Source: Candidatus Falkowbacteria bacterium (GTDB lineage Bacteria > Patescibacteriota > Patescibacteriia > Patescibacteriales > UBA12465). From it: 64,000 nt of DNA. The notes under the pieces were generated by a model that was not told the origin of the DNA, searched no databases, and was given only the letters and a program-made list of their open reading frames with translations. Positions 27,461 to 36,755 of the stretch are shown in pieces; position 1 is the first letter of the stretch; each line of letters starts with the position of its first letter. Location: positions 325,062-389,061 of the forward strand of contig CP066698.1 of assembly GCA_016432645.1 (NCBI GenBank), read 5' to 3'. The position numbers were made by a program, and so were the translations under genes.

Positions 27461-27489
27461 TTGACGGCGCAAAAGCAAGCGTGTATAAT
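27461..27489 (+). promoter_or_regulatory. Promoter TTGACG-N17-TATAAT of the csoR operon
   Basis: TTGACG at 27461-27466, a 17-nt spacer, and TATAAT at 27484-27489. Confidence 0.7.
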
Positions 27490-27493
27490 TTTA

Positions 27494-27518
27494 ATACCTA
27501 CACCCCAGGTGTTGGTAT
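27494..27518 (+). promoter_or_regulatory. Putative CsoR operator: 25-bp GC-tract pseudo-palindrome ATACCTACACC-CCA-GGTGTTGGTAT
   Basis: The arms ATACCTACACC and GGTGTTGGTAT are reverse complements with one mismatch. The site lies just downstream of the -10 element. The shape (ATACC...C-tract...GGTAT) resembles known CsoR operators. Confidence 0.55.
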
Positions 27519-27534
27519 AATTATAATTAAACAT

Positions 27535-27807
27535 ATGAGCGAAAACAAAAAAGACATCATGATTAATTTTAAAAAAGCCAAAAGCCTAATGGATAAGTTA
27601 ATATCTATGACTGAAGACGGCGAATATTGCATTGACATCATGCAACAGAATCTAGCTGCTATCGGTCTCCTGAAATCCGCCCACCAAATGCTGATGGCCG
27701 GACATCTTAATACCTGCTTTAAAAATGCCATGGCTTCTAAAAACGAAAAATTAAAAGCCAAAATGGTTGAAGAAATTTTAAAAGTTAATAAATTGGCCGC
27801 TAAATAA
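27535..27807 (+). CDS. csoR: CsoR-family Cu(I)-sensing transcriptional repressor
   Basis: A 90-aa product from ATG 27535; the track's 27403 start would overlap rarA and the promoter. Ligands are C32, H57 and C61, with 25 and 4 residue spacing (the C-H-C Cu(I) signature). Confidence 0.8.
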   Translation: MSENKKDIMINFKKAKSLMDKLISMTEDGEYCIDIMQQNLAAIGLLKSAHQMLMAGHLNTCFKNAMASKNEKLKAKMVEEILKVNKLAAK

Positions 27808-27824
27808 GCGGTTGAAATAAAAAT

Positions 27825-29222
27825 ATGCCCAAGCTTGTCGTTCCTATTTCCGGCCTGCATTGCAAGGCCTGTGAAATTTTAACCGAAGACGCCCTTCGGG
27901 AAATTAAGGAAGTATCAAAAGTTAACGTTAATCATAAAACCGGCCTGGCCGAAATAGAATATGAAGGCGATGAACCTAAAATAGCAGAAATTAAAACCGC
28001 TCTGGAAGAAAGCGGCTACGGCTTGGGAAAAATTAAAACCCGGATTGAAAATAAAAATGGACAAAATTTAAACTGTGATTTAACGGAGACCAGGCATCAG
28101 CCAAAAGATTTTAGCTTTTATATTACCGTGATTGCCGCGGTAGCAATTATTTATCTGCTTCTTAATCGCACGACTTCCCTGCCTTTCGGAGGCTTATTAG
28201 AACAGAATTTTTCTTGGCCGCTGGCGATTATTGTCGGCCTAGTGGCCGGGGTTTCAACTTGTCTAGCGCTAGTTGGCGGCTTAGTCTTAAGCCTGGCGGC
28301 TAACTATGCGCAAAACCATCCCGAGGCCACCAAAAAAGAAAAGTTCCGGCCGCACATCTTTTTTAATCTTGGACGCATCGGCGGTTTTTTCTTTCTGGGC
28401 GGCATTTTAGGAGTTATCGGCTCCGCTTTTAAATTATCACCATTAGCCAATTCACTGATAACTATTATTATCGGTTTTGTGGTTTTAATTCTGGGATTGA
28501 AACTGCTGGAGATTTTCCCGAGCCTCGCTCGATTTGATTTTTCGCTGCCAAAAAAATTCGGCAAAATAATAAAAATCAATGACCCGTTTGTTTTAGGGGT
28601 GCTGACTTTTTTCCTGCCCTGCGGCTTCACCCAAGCCATGCAAATATATGCCCTCGGAACCGGAAATTTTCTTCAAGGAGGACTAATTATGGCACTATTT
28701 GCCCTGGGAACAGCTCCAGGATTTTTAGGAATTGGCGGCCTTAGCGCTCTTGGAGGCAAAAAAAAATCCAGCGCCTTCTTTATGGTCGCCGGCATAATCG
28801 TCGTCGCTTTCGGAATTTTCAATTTAGCCAACGGTTATCGCCTCTTTAAAATCTCTTCCGGTTTTGATTTCAACAAGATAGCCCTGAAAACGGAAGCGGA
28901 AACTAAAAATACAAATTCCAACATTGAAGAGGAGGACGGGGTTAGAATAATCAGAATGAAGGAAACTAATCGCGGTTACTCCCCCAATAATTTCACAATC
29001 CTTAAAGGCCAGCCGGTTAAATTCATTATTGATGCCCAAGCGCCATATTCTTGCGCCAGCGCTTTAGTAATTCCCTATCTTAAAATTCAAACCCAATTAA
29101 AACCCGGCGAAAACATCCTGGAATTTACGCCCGATAAAGTTGGAGAAATTCCCTTCTCCTGTTCTATGGGCATGTACACCGGCCAGTTCCTGGTAGTGGA
29201 TGACAAAAGCCAGCTACGCTAA
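27825..29222 (+). CDS. Three-domain membrane protein: HMA (CxxC) domain + TauE/SafE-like permease + C-terminal cupredoxin-like domain
   Basis: N-terminus ISGLHCKACEILTED (HMA fold). It has about 6-8 TM helices including FFLPCGFTQAMQIYALGTG. The C-terminus FTILKGQPVKFII...PGENILEFTPDKVGEIPFSCSMGMYTGQFLVV is cupredoxin-1-like. Confidence 0.7.
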   Translation: MPKLVVPISGLHCKACEILTEDALREIKEVSKVNVNHKTGLAEIEYEGDEPKIAEIKTALEESGYGLGKIKTRIENKNGQNLNCDLTETRHQPKDFSFYITVIAAVAIIYLLLNRTTSLPFGGLLEQNFSWPLAIIVGLVAGVSTCLALVGGLVLSLAANYAQNHPEATKKEKFRPHIFFNLGRIGGFFFLGGILGVIGSAFKLSPLANSLITIIIGFVVLILGLKLLEIFPSLARFDFSLPKKFGKIIKINDPFVLGVLTFFLPCGFTQAMQIYALGTGNFLQGGLIMALFALGTAPGFLGIGGLSALGGKKKSSAFFMVAGIIVVAFGIFNLANGYRLFKISSGFDFNKIALKTEAETKNTNSNIEEEDGVRIIRMKETNRGYSPNNFTILKGQPVKFIIDAQAPYSCASALVIPYLKIQTQLKPGENILEFTPDKVGEIPFSCSMGMYTGQFLVVDDKSQLR

Positions 29223-29244
29223 ATAAACTAAAGCAAAATATTGA

Positions 29245-31881
29245 CTATATTTTTTTGCTTTCCCGCCGATAGCCGGAGATATGCTTGCCGAGCTCAAAAA
29301 CAAACATAGTTAAAGTGCCATAGATTAGAATGACCGCCCAATCGACAATCCTTAAAGGGACGGTGTCTAATAAACGATTGAGAACCGGCAAATAAACGGA
29401 GGCGGCAATCAGTATCACCCCTAAAAAAGTAGCGCTTACTAAAAATTTATTAGAGAAATGCTTAGTTTTGAAAATTGAAGTATTTAAACCCCTGACCGCA
29501 TAAATATAAAACATTGTACTCAGGCCTAGAGTGGCGAACATCACGCTGCGAGCCAGGTCGATATCCCCGACAAACTTAAAATAATAATAGAAAATTGCCA
29601 GTGCAAAACAGTCCATCACGATAGCATAAAAAGCAATTATTTTTTGCAAAGCCGGGGTCAAAAGAGGCTGCTCGCGATGGCGCGGCCGCTCATGCATCAC
29701 GTTGTCATCAGAAACATCAAAAGCTAAGCTGGCGGCCGGCAAGGGGTCTTCAATTAATTTAATCCAGAGAATCTGAACTGGTAAAATCGGCAAGGGCCAG
29801 CCTAAAATTACGGAAACACCGATAATAATCATTTCTTGAAAACAATCCGTGAATAAATACAAGACAACTTTTCTGATATTGGAAAAGGTTATCCGCCCCT
29901 GTTTAACAGCGGCCACAATTGTCAAAAAACTATTGTCCAGCAAAACTAAATCAGCCGCTTCTTTAGCGACATCCGTACCGCTGCCGATAGCGACGCCGAT
30001 ATCCGCTTTCTTAAGCGCCGGGGAATCATTAATGCCATCGCCAGTCATGGCCACGGTCTTGCCTATTTCCTGGAAAGCGTTAACGATTCTTAACTTATGA
30101 TGCGGGCTAACACGGGCATAAAGCCGGATATCTCTGATACATTTTTTAAGTTGGACATCGGACATTTTATCAAGCTCATCACCATTAAGAACATTATGGC
30201 TATTAATCTCTAAACCGATTTCCTTGACAATGGCGGTCGCTGTCCGCGCATTATCCCCGGTAATTATCACTACTCTAATCCCAGCCTCGCGGCAAGACTG
30301 AATGGCCTGTTTAACATCGGCGCGCACTTGATCGCGCAACGAAAAGAAGCCTACCAAAGTTAGTCCTTCCAAGTCAGCAGCTTCTAAGCGACCGGCCTGG
30401 CCGCTAATTTTATTTTTATAAGCCAGAGCAATTACCCGCGCACCGGTATCAGTGAACTCGGCGATTTTATCGGCTTGTAATTTTTTATCTTTAACTGACA
30501 ATTTCTTTTCCTGGCCGCCGACATAAATTTTAGAAGCCTGCGCCAATAATTTTTCAGGAGCGCCTTTAACGTAAATGACTTCTGGGCCGCCGGCCGATTT
30601 GTTTAAAGTCGCCATTAGTTTGGAATCTGAAGAAAATAGAATTTCATCCAAACGCGGGCTTATCTTTTCCAATTCTTGGCGATATAAGCCAACCCCGGCT
30701 CCAGCCAATAATAGCGCCTTATCGGTTGGATTGCCGGAAACTTTTAATTTTGCAAAATCATCGCCCGGATTTTCTATTAGGCCGTCATTGCATAAAACAG
30801 CAATTTTCAAAGCTAAAGTTTCTTTGGTTAATTTCTCTAAACCATTAGCCGCGATAAACTGGTCAACCAGCATCTCTCCTTGAGTTAGGGTTCCGGTTTT
30901 ATCGGCGCAAATAACCGAAACCGAGCCCAAAGTTTCAGCGGCAATCGCCCGCCTGACTAAACCTTGCTTTTTGGCAAGGTGCTGCATGCCAATTGCCAGA
31001 ATAATCGCCATCGCCGGAATCAAGCCTTCAGGGACTGCCGAGACGACAATTACTACCGAAATCATAAACATGTCAAAAATATTACGGCCGCTGATAACTC
31101 CAATTAAAAAAATTACGATATTGGCCGCAATTAAAAATAAGCCCAGCTTAATGCCAAAATTATTTATTTGTTTCTGCAGCGGCGTCAGCCCCTCGCTGGT
31201 TTCTTTAATTAATTTGGCAATCTGGCCGATCTCGGTATTTTGGCCGGTAGCGGTAACAAGCGCTTTGCCGAAGCCATCAGCCACAATCGTCCCTTGATAA
31301 ACCATATTTTTCCGATCAGCGAGGCTGATTTCCGCTTTTAATTCCTTAATTGACTTATCGACCGCTAAGGACTCGCCGGTCAAGGCGGCTTCATTAATTT
31401 TAAGATCTTTAGCTTCAAAAATTCTGGCATCGGCCGGGACAACATCGCCGGCAGTAACTTCAATTATATCTCCGGGAACGAGAAATTCTTTTTTAATAAT
31501 AGACAATTGATTGTCACGCCAGACTCTGACTTTATGCGTTACCGCTTGTCCTAATTTTTCTAAAGCATTATTGGCTTTCCATTCTTGCAAGAACCCCACC
31601 GTATTGGTAACCATTATAACAACCAAAATTATTAAGGAGTCGCTCTTATGGCCGGCAAAAAAACTAATTGCTAAAGCGGCTAACAGAATAAAAACTAAGG
31701 GGTTTTTAAACTGACCTAAAAATAAACTTAAACCGGTTAGCGCTTTTTTGCGCGGCAATTTATTTAAACCGTAAGTTTTTAAACGGCTTTCAACTTCTAA
31801 AGCCTCTAAACCTGATTGCTTAGCCGCCAATTTTTTAAAAGCAGCAGCTACGCTCAGTTGATAGAATAAAGGATTATTCAT
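29245..31881 (-). CDS. P2-type cation-transporting P-type ATPase (Ca2+-ATPase-like)
   Basis: ICADKTGTLTQ, TGDN and MTGDGINDSPALKKADIG motifs, plus TM4 VPEGL (the PEGL motif marks P2 rather than heavy-metal P1B ATPases). 878 aa. Confidence 0.9.
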   Translation of the reverse strand: MNNPLFYQLSVAAAFKKLAAKQSGLEALEVESRLKTYGLNKLPRKKALTGLSLFLGQFKNPLVFILLAALAISFFAGHKSDSLIILVVIMVTNTVGFLQEWKANNALEKLGQAVTHKVRVWRDNQLSIIKKEFLVPGDIIEVTAGDVVPADARIFEAKDLKINEAALTGESLAVDKSIKELKAEISLADRKNMVYQGTIVADGFGKALVTATGQNTEIGQIAKLIKETSEGLTPLQKQINNFGIKLGLFLIAANIVIFLIGVISGRNIFDMFMISVVIVVSAVPEGLIPAMAIILAIGMQHLAKKQGLVRRAIAAETLGSVSVICADKTGTLTQGEMLVDQFIAANGLEKLTKETLALKIAVLCNDGLIENPGDDFAKLKVSGNPTDKALLLAGAGVGLYRQELEKISPRLDEILFSSDSKLMATLNKSAGGPEVIYVKGAPEKLLAQASKIYVGGQEKKLSVKDKKLQADKIAEFTDTGARVIALAYKNKISGQAGRLEAADLEGLTLVGFFSLRDQVRADVKQAIQSCREAGIRVVIITGDNARTATAIVKEIGLEINSHNVLNGDELDKMSDVQLKKCIRDIRLYARVSPHHKLRIVNAFQEIGKTVAMTGDGINDSPALKKADIGVAIGSGTDVAKEAADLVLLDNSFLTIVAAVKQGRITFSNIRKVVLYLFTDCFQEMIIIGVSVILGWPLPILPVQILWIKLIEDPLPAASLAFDVSDDNVMHERPRHREQPLLTPALQKIIAFYAIVMDCFALAIFYYYFKFVGDIDLARSVMFATLGLSTMFYIYAVRGLNTSIFKTKHFSNKFLVSATFLGVILIAASVYLPVLNRLLDTVPLRIVDWAVILIYGTLTMFVFELGKHISGYRRESKKI

Positions 31882-31965
31882 TTTTACAAAATTAAAAAAT
31901 TATCAGTTAACAACGATTATCTCGCCTTAACTGTCTTTTAATTTTAACATAGGCTCTTCTTTTTT

Positions 31966-32003
31966 AAAAATAAAACACTCGCTCCCTATGCTGGAGCGAG
32001 TGT
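31966..32003 (-). terminator. Intrinsic terminator after the 165-aa secreted protein gene
   Basis: A perfect 11-bp stem ACACTCGCTCC/GGAGCGAGTGT (31975-31985 / 31993-32003) is followed on the minus strand by UUUUAUUUUU. Confidence 0.75.
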
Positions 32004-32044
32004 TTGCCGCTTATCCCCTATATTTCCAAAACTTAATTAAAATT

Positions 32045-32542
32045 TTATTGATGCATCATGCGTCCACCGCCTAAACCCATGCCCATGCCCATTCCATGGC
32101 CGGCGCCTTCATCCAAACCAATGCCGCTTAAAATCGTCCGTGCCTGCTCCATTAAACTATGAGCTTGAACAAACTGAGCAAAATTATCTTTCGTAACTTT
32201 GGCTACTATTGGGCTATTAGCGCCTTCAGCCGCCACCCAAGCGTCATAGTCGCCGGCGCTAAGAGCCGCTTCTACGGCAGTGCGCCTAGCTTCCATGGCA
32301 GCTTGATTAGCGGTTCTGTTGGCATCACGTTCAGCAATTCTGGCCGCTTTTTCTTCATCGCTTAAACCAGCCATATTGCCCGCGCCGCGATTGCCACGGC
32401 CCTCCCAATTGGAATTAGCATTACCATTATCAGAGCTAGTAACTGAATTATTAACAGCCGCATCTGCCGCCAACATCCCGCCGGCCATCAGCGCTAAAGC
32501 TCCGAATACGGCCGCACCTTTTAATAAGTTATCTTTTTTCAT
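32045..32542 (-). CDS. Secreted helical protein with a C-terminal Gly/Met repeat (GHGMGMGMGLGGG)
   Basis: Signal peptide MKKDNLLKGAAVFGALALMAGGMLAADA, an Ala/Glu-rich helical core, and a terminal GMGMGMG tract. Confidence 0.5.
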   Translation of the reverse strand: MKKDNLLKGAAVFGALALMAGGMLAADAAVNNSVTSSDNGNANSNWEGRGNRGAGNMAGLSDEEKAARIAERDANRTANQAAMEARRTAVEAALSAGDYDAWVAAEGANSPIVAKVTKDNFAQFVQAHSLMEQARTILSGIGLDEGAGHGMGMGMGLGGGRMMHQ

Positions 32543-32674
32543 ATTTTTAGATTAATTAACGCTTCGCTTTCCCCTTAGAAAACTGGAAACGTTTAAATTA
32601 TTAATTAGTCGAGTGTTAAGATCTTAACTTTCCCCTCTGCTAATTAATACGCCGAAAAAATAAATTTCTTCATT

Positions 32675-33457
32675 TTAATAGTTAACCTCTATCCTCTCCA
32701 ACATTCGCGGATTTCCTGGAACCGGGGGATGAGGCCCACCATTCATTCTCTTAAAAAATCCTCGGCCGGGCATCATCGGCATAACTTTAAATACTTCAAA
32801 AATATTGTCGGATTTTTTTTCGCCAATAAGCCTTAAAGGTCCTCCGGCTTGGGGCGGGATAACAAAATCATCGCCCTTGATTTTAACAAGCCATTCCTGC
32901 TGGTCTTTATCAATTAATACAAATTCTTCATCGCCAATTTGATCGACAATCACTCCAATTAACCGCCCCTCTTCCGGATTGGACCAAAAATCAACTCGAG
33001 GATTAATCATCTCGCCGTATAAAGGCGCCTTCTGACCAAGAACTTCATCTAATTCCTGGCCGAGGCCGGCGGCATAAAAAATCCCGCCTAAAAAGATACT
33101 AGTGATAACCGCGACCGTAATAATAAGGCCAATAGAATAACGATAACCGGTTTTGGTGTGCTTTAAATTATAATAAACAATAAAGATAAACAAGCCCAAA
33201 AATATCAACCAAAAATAAGGCAAGGTTAAAAGCAGCATTTCACCAAAACTCTTATTAATATCTTGTCTGATAGCAAAATCATTATAGCTGCCGAGATAAA
33301 TCATTACCGAAACTGCGGCGGCCCCAATTAAAAGTGCAAAAACACCAGAGACCCAGATAGCATAATTTTTCAATAAAAAATGCCAGCGCGCCCGCGGTTT
33401 AATTTTTAGCTCCTGTAATTTTTCTAGAATTTCTTTATTAAATATTTCGTTTTCCAT
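32675..33457 (-). CDS. Membrane protein, candidate anti-sigma/partner of the ECF sigma factor
   Basis: 260 aa with about 4 TM helices and a soluble C-terminal domain. A 4-nt gap to the sigma gene implies co-transcription. No zf-HC2 motif is present, so the role is inferred from position only. Confidence 0.4.
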   Translation of the reverse strand: MENEIFNKEILEKLQELKIKPRARWHFLLKNYAIWVSGVFALLIGAAAVSVMIYLGSYNDFAIRQDINKSFGEMLLLTLPYFWLIFLGLFIFIVYYNLKHTKTGYRYSIGLIITVAVITSIFLGGIFYAAGLGQELDEVLGQKAPLYGEMINPRVDFWSNPEEGRLIGVIVDQIGDEEFVLIDKDQQEWLVKIKGDDFVIPPQAGGPLRLIGEKKSDNIFEVFKVMPMMPGRGFFKRMNGGPHPPVPGNPRMLERIEVNY

Positions 33458-33461
33458 ATAT

Positions 33462-34043
33462 TTAAAGCTTATGGTTGGCGTTTAAAAATTTCTTTAATTC
33501 TGCTTTGGCCTTATTCATTCTGGAGGCCACGGTGCCTAAAGGCTTTTTAATAATATCCGATATTTCCTGATAATCTTTTTCTTCTAAATATTTTAAAATA
33601 ATCATTTCTTGATATTTAAGATCGATTTGGGAAAGGGCTTGGCTAATTTCCTGTTTTAATTCTTGCCGCGCCACCTCTTCAAACAAATCAGTCTCCCCGG
33701 CCAGTTCTCTAATTTGGCTTTCTTGAATATCAATATCCAGAAGCTGAGGCCGCGCTTTCCGCTTACGATAATTATCAATGACCTCGTTATGTGCTATTCG
33801 ATAAATCCAGGATGAGAACTTTAAACTATCATCAAAATCATTAAGATTAAGATAAACTTTAATAAAAATATTTTGCAACATATCCTCGGCTTCTTCTAGG
33901 CCGACATTGGATATGCGCCGGATATATCGAAGTAATTTATCTTTGTAGCGATTAACTAAATATGAAAAAACACCCTGGTTTTCCAGAACAATCGCAACTA
34001 ATTCTTCGTCGGTTTTCTTCTCAAAATCAATGTTTTCTATCAT
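33462..34043 (-). CDS. ECF-type RNA polymerase sigma factor (sigma-70 family, group 4)
   Basis: Region 2 (FSSWIYRIAHNEVIDNYRKRK) and region 4 (YQEISDIIKKPLGTVASRMNKAKAELKK). 193 aa. Confidence 0.85.
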   Translation of the reverse strand: MIENIDFEKKTDEELVAIVLENQGVFSYLVNRYKDKLLRYIRRISNVGLEEAEDMLQNIFIKVYLNLNDFDDSLKFSSWIYRIAHNEVIDNYRKRKARPQLLDIDIQESQIRELAGETDLFEEVARQELKQEISQALSQIDLKYQEMIILKYLEEKDYQEISDIIKKPLGTVASRMNKAKAELKKFLNANHKL

Positions 34044-34267
34044 AAATCTCTAAACGAGCCTTTTTTATTAATACGGGGAAAAACAATTTTTCTTCAAATA
34101 ATAAGGAAACGGATACTAACTTTATTATAGCAAGAAAAATTTCTTTCAGACATTAACTAGAATAACCGGCTAATATTTGACTTTTTTTAAAGAAAATTGT
34201 AAATTAAGGAGAAATTGAAAAAATTTCAGAATCGCTTAAGAACATTAACAATCTAAAACTATAAGCC

Positions 34268-35314
34268 ATGATTAAAATTTATTTCAACCCGAATTATCCA
34301 GAACTAATTTTTTCTATTGGCGCTATTATGGCTAATAAAAGCACCAGTGAAAAAAAAGAAGAACATTTAGTAGCTTTCATTGCCACTAACCCCTGGGAAA
34401 TGGATGGCGAGGAAAATGAACTAAAAAAAGAAATCGTAGATCTGGCGGAAGACATGATTGCTAAAGCTGAAGATAACCCCAAAAGCCAGATTGAGCCAGA
34501 AAAAGTGTTTGATGAGATTTCAAAAGACGAAATCATCATTCTCAACATCCACCCCTTAAACCAGGAAGAACTCGCTTATCTAATGAATTTTTTTGAAAGA
34601 CATCAAGATAATATTTCTCTCTGGGTTGACTCTTCTAATTATTGGTCCCCGTCAGTGGTAAACTATCTGAAGGAATATGGCCAGGCACAAATTTTGTTTG
34701 ACAAAGAAAAAAGCTGCTTAGAGCTATTGGCTGAAGCCGGATTCACCATTGAACCAGAATGGAAAGAGGCGGCCAAAGAAATTACCAATCCAACTACCGA
34801 AAATGCGTGGGCGACGCGCTACATTGCCGCACTTTGGGCGGCCAGTATGATAGATAATAACTGCGAAGAAGGCCTAAAAAATTATTTTCAAGCCTTTGCC
34901 CGAGCCGCCGATGAGGTCTGGAAAGTTAAGCGCGACCAAAATTTGGACGATTTAGTTAATGATTTTGTCGCTTGCGATCAAGAATGCCGACTTCTAAAAA
35001 AGGCCTTGGAAGAAACGGCAACTGACCCGCAAGATGATGCCTTCCCTCTTGCTAAAGCGGCTGGCCGACCCATCGGCTATCTGCACTTACCAAACATCAA
35101 CCCGGCTCTGGACTTGAGCGCTCTTCTAGAATTTGGAACTGCTAAATTCCCCTGGCTTTTCCTAATATTCTACAATATCGGCGAGGACTACAACGTTCTG
35201 GCCAATTCTGAAAAAATACCCCTTGACCAAATTGAATCTTGGCTGGAAACACATCAAGAAGAAAAATTGATGCTTGATTTCTTAGAAAAATCAGTAGTAA
35301 AATTTAAAATTTAA
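34268..35314 (+). CDS. Hypothetical acidic cytoplasmic protein
   Basis: 348-aa ORF with an alternative start MANKST at 34328. No family is recognised. Confidence 0.45.
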   Translation: MIKIYFNPNYPELIFSIGAIMANKSTSEKKEEHLVAFIATNPWEMDGEENELKKEIVDLAEDMIAKAEDNPKSQIEPEKVFDEISKDEIIILNIHPLNQEELAYLMNFFERHQDNISLWVDSSNYWSPSVVNYLKEYGQAQILFDKEKSCLELLAEAGFTIEPEWKEAAKEITNPTTENAWATRYIAALWAASMIDNNCEEGLKNYFQAFARAADEVWKVKRDQNLDDLVNDFVACDQECRLLKKALEETATDPQDDAFPLAKAAGRPIGYLHLPNINPALDLSALLEFGTAKFPWLFLIFYNIGEDYNVLANSEKIPLDQIESWLETHQEEKLMLDFLEKSVVKFKI

Positions 35315-35326
35315 AAATAAGCTTTG

Positions 35327-35357
35327 AGCCCGACATAACAAATGCCGGGCTTTTTTA
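35327..35357 (+). terminator. Intrinsic terminator after the 348-aa gene
   Basis: Stem AGCCCG/CGGGCT (35327-35332 / 35346-35351) is followed by T6. The loop is long (13 nt). Confidence 0.5.
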
Positions 35358-35414
35358 TAATCAAATTGCTAAAAGACGAACTTTAACTTATGATAAAGAT
35401 ATAAATTATAAGAT

Positions 35415-35912
35415 ATGCGCGTACCAATCAGAAAAGGCGATTCCCGCTTGGATAAAAAAATTGACCCAGCCATGACCGAGGCTAAATACCAGGAGCTTTT
35501 AAAAAAGCTGGATTTTTGGAAACGCGTTAAACGCCCGCGCGAAGCGGAAGAAGTAAAAAGATTGGCGCTCATGGGTGATTTCTCGGAAAACGTCGGCTAT
35601 CAAGTTGCTAAAGGCCGACTGCGCGGACTCAACGAACGAATTTTAGATTTGGAAAAATTACTGGGACGCGCGGAAATCATTAAAATCCAAAACGATGGGA
35701 CGGTGCAGCTCGGCAATAAAGTAACAATTGAAAAAGGCGGCAAAATTAAAACTTATCAAATTTTAGGAGCCACGGAAACCGACCCGACAAGCGGAACAAT
35801 TTCTTATTCTTCCCCGCTCGGCGCGGCTCTAATGGGAAAAACCGTGGGCGATATAATAAAAATAAACCTCGCAAACAAGGAGGTTTATTATAAAATTTTA
35901 AAAATAGAATAA
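35415..35912 (+). CDS. greA: Transcription elongation factor GreA
   Basis: GDFSENVGYQVAKGRLRGLNERILDLE and the C-terminal ISYSSPLGAALMGKTVGD. The start may instead be ATG 35472 (MTEAKYQELL), which aligns better with the canonical N-terminus. Confidence 0.9.
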   Translation: MRVPIRKGDSRLDKKIDPAMTEAKYQELLKKLDFWKRVKRPREAEEVKRLALMGDFSENVGYQVAKGRLRGLNERILDLEKLLGRAEIIKIQNDGTVQLGNKVTIEKGGKIKTYQILGATETDPTSGTISYSSPLGAALMGKTVGDIIKINLANKEVYYKILKIE

Positions 35913-35918
35913 CGAACG

Positions 35919-36686
35919 CTACTTATTGTCATCGACAAAAAATTCATAACCGCCGATTAAAACAGGTGTGGACAGAAAATACCAGATTATTACATCATCC
36001 AGCGGAAAAATATTGCCAGCCAAATTAATCGGCAAAATATATTCGCCCGGCCACCACCACGAACCGATGATAAGCGAGACGACCTCATAAACAAAGAAAA
36101 CCAAAGCGAAGAATAGTGTCGGCAACCAAGTTTTTTTTAATAATTTGGGGCTGAAATAAAACATGATTATTCCCGGAACCAACAAGATTATCAAAGCTAG
36201 CAGCGCATAATTTACCGCTAGTAAATTAGGGGCAATAAAAAATATAGTAAAAACCGATAAAAACAAGAAGAGATAGCCTAAAATTATCAGGCGAAAACGT
36301 CTGGAAATCCGCCGCTTTAAATCCCTATCTACAAAATATTCATAAAAGGCCAAGACCCAAAAGAAATTTAGAAAAGCAAAAAGAATATTTTCTAAAGGTG
36401 CAATCCCAAACAAACGCGGTAAAATTGATTGCACATCCCAAGCGTCAGCCAAACGAGCCGCCAGCTCTACCGGCGGCGCAAATAAGACGGTCGTTAAAAG
36501 AGAAAATAATAATATTTTAAAACGAGATTTTTTAAGCCATAAAAAATTAATGACTGCCGGCGGGACCAAGACAATAATTATAGATAATAAATAAACCGGA
36601 CGTAAAAAATAAACCAATATACAGGCCAGGGTTACATAGGCGAACAAAAATATCAAGCGTTGTCTTTTAAGTTTATTTAACTTCAT
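35919..36686 (-). CDS. Polytopic integral membrane protein, function unknown
   Basis: 255 aa with about 7 TM helices. The repeated P-L/V-E/D motifs (PPVELAA, APLENILFAF, FPLDDVIIWYF) faintly recall the lycopene-cyclase domain, a low-confidence association. Confidence 0.45.
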   Translation of the reverse strand: MKLNKLKRQRLIFLFAYVTLACILVYFLRPVYLLSIIIVLVPPAVINFLWLKKSRFKILLFSLLTTVLFAPPVELAARLADAWDVQSILPRLFGIAPLENILFAFLNFFWVLAFYEYFVDRDLKRRISRRFRLIILGYLFLFLSVFTIFFIAPNLLAVNYALLALIILLVPGIIMFYFSPKLLKKTWLPTLFFALVFFVYEVVSLIIGSWWWPGEYILPINLAGNIFPLDDVIIWYFLSTPVLIGGYEFFVDDNK

Positions 36687-36711
36687 GTTTGAATCTTAAC
36701 AAAAAATACCA

Positions 36712-36750
36712 AAAAAAACAAAAAAAAGAGGCTATTGACTATAGCCTCCC
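36712..36750 (-). terminator. Intrinsic terminator after the 109-aa gene
   Basis: Stem GAGGCTAT/ATAGCCTC (36728-36735 / 36741-36748) is followed on the minus strand by a long U-run. Confidence 0.65.
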
Positions 36751-36755
36751 CTTAA

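Noticed and set aside
27403-27534. N-terminal extension of the csoR ORF (track start 27403), and ORF 27498..27860 on the opposite strand
   Set aside because: The extension overlaps the rarA coding end and runs through the promoter and operator. The CsoR family is about 90 aa and ATG 27535 gives exactly that. The antisense ORF is a shadow of csoR.
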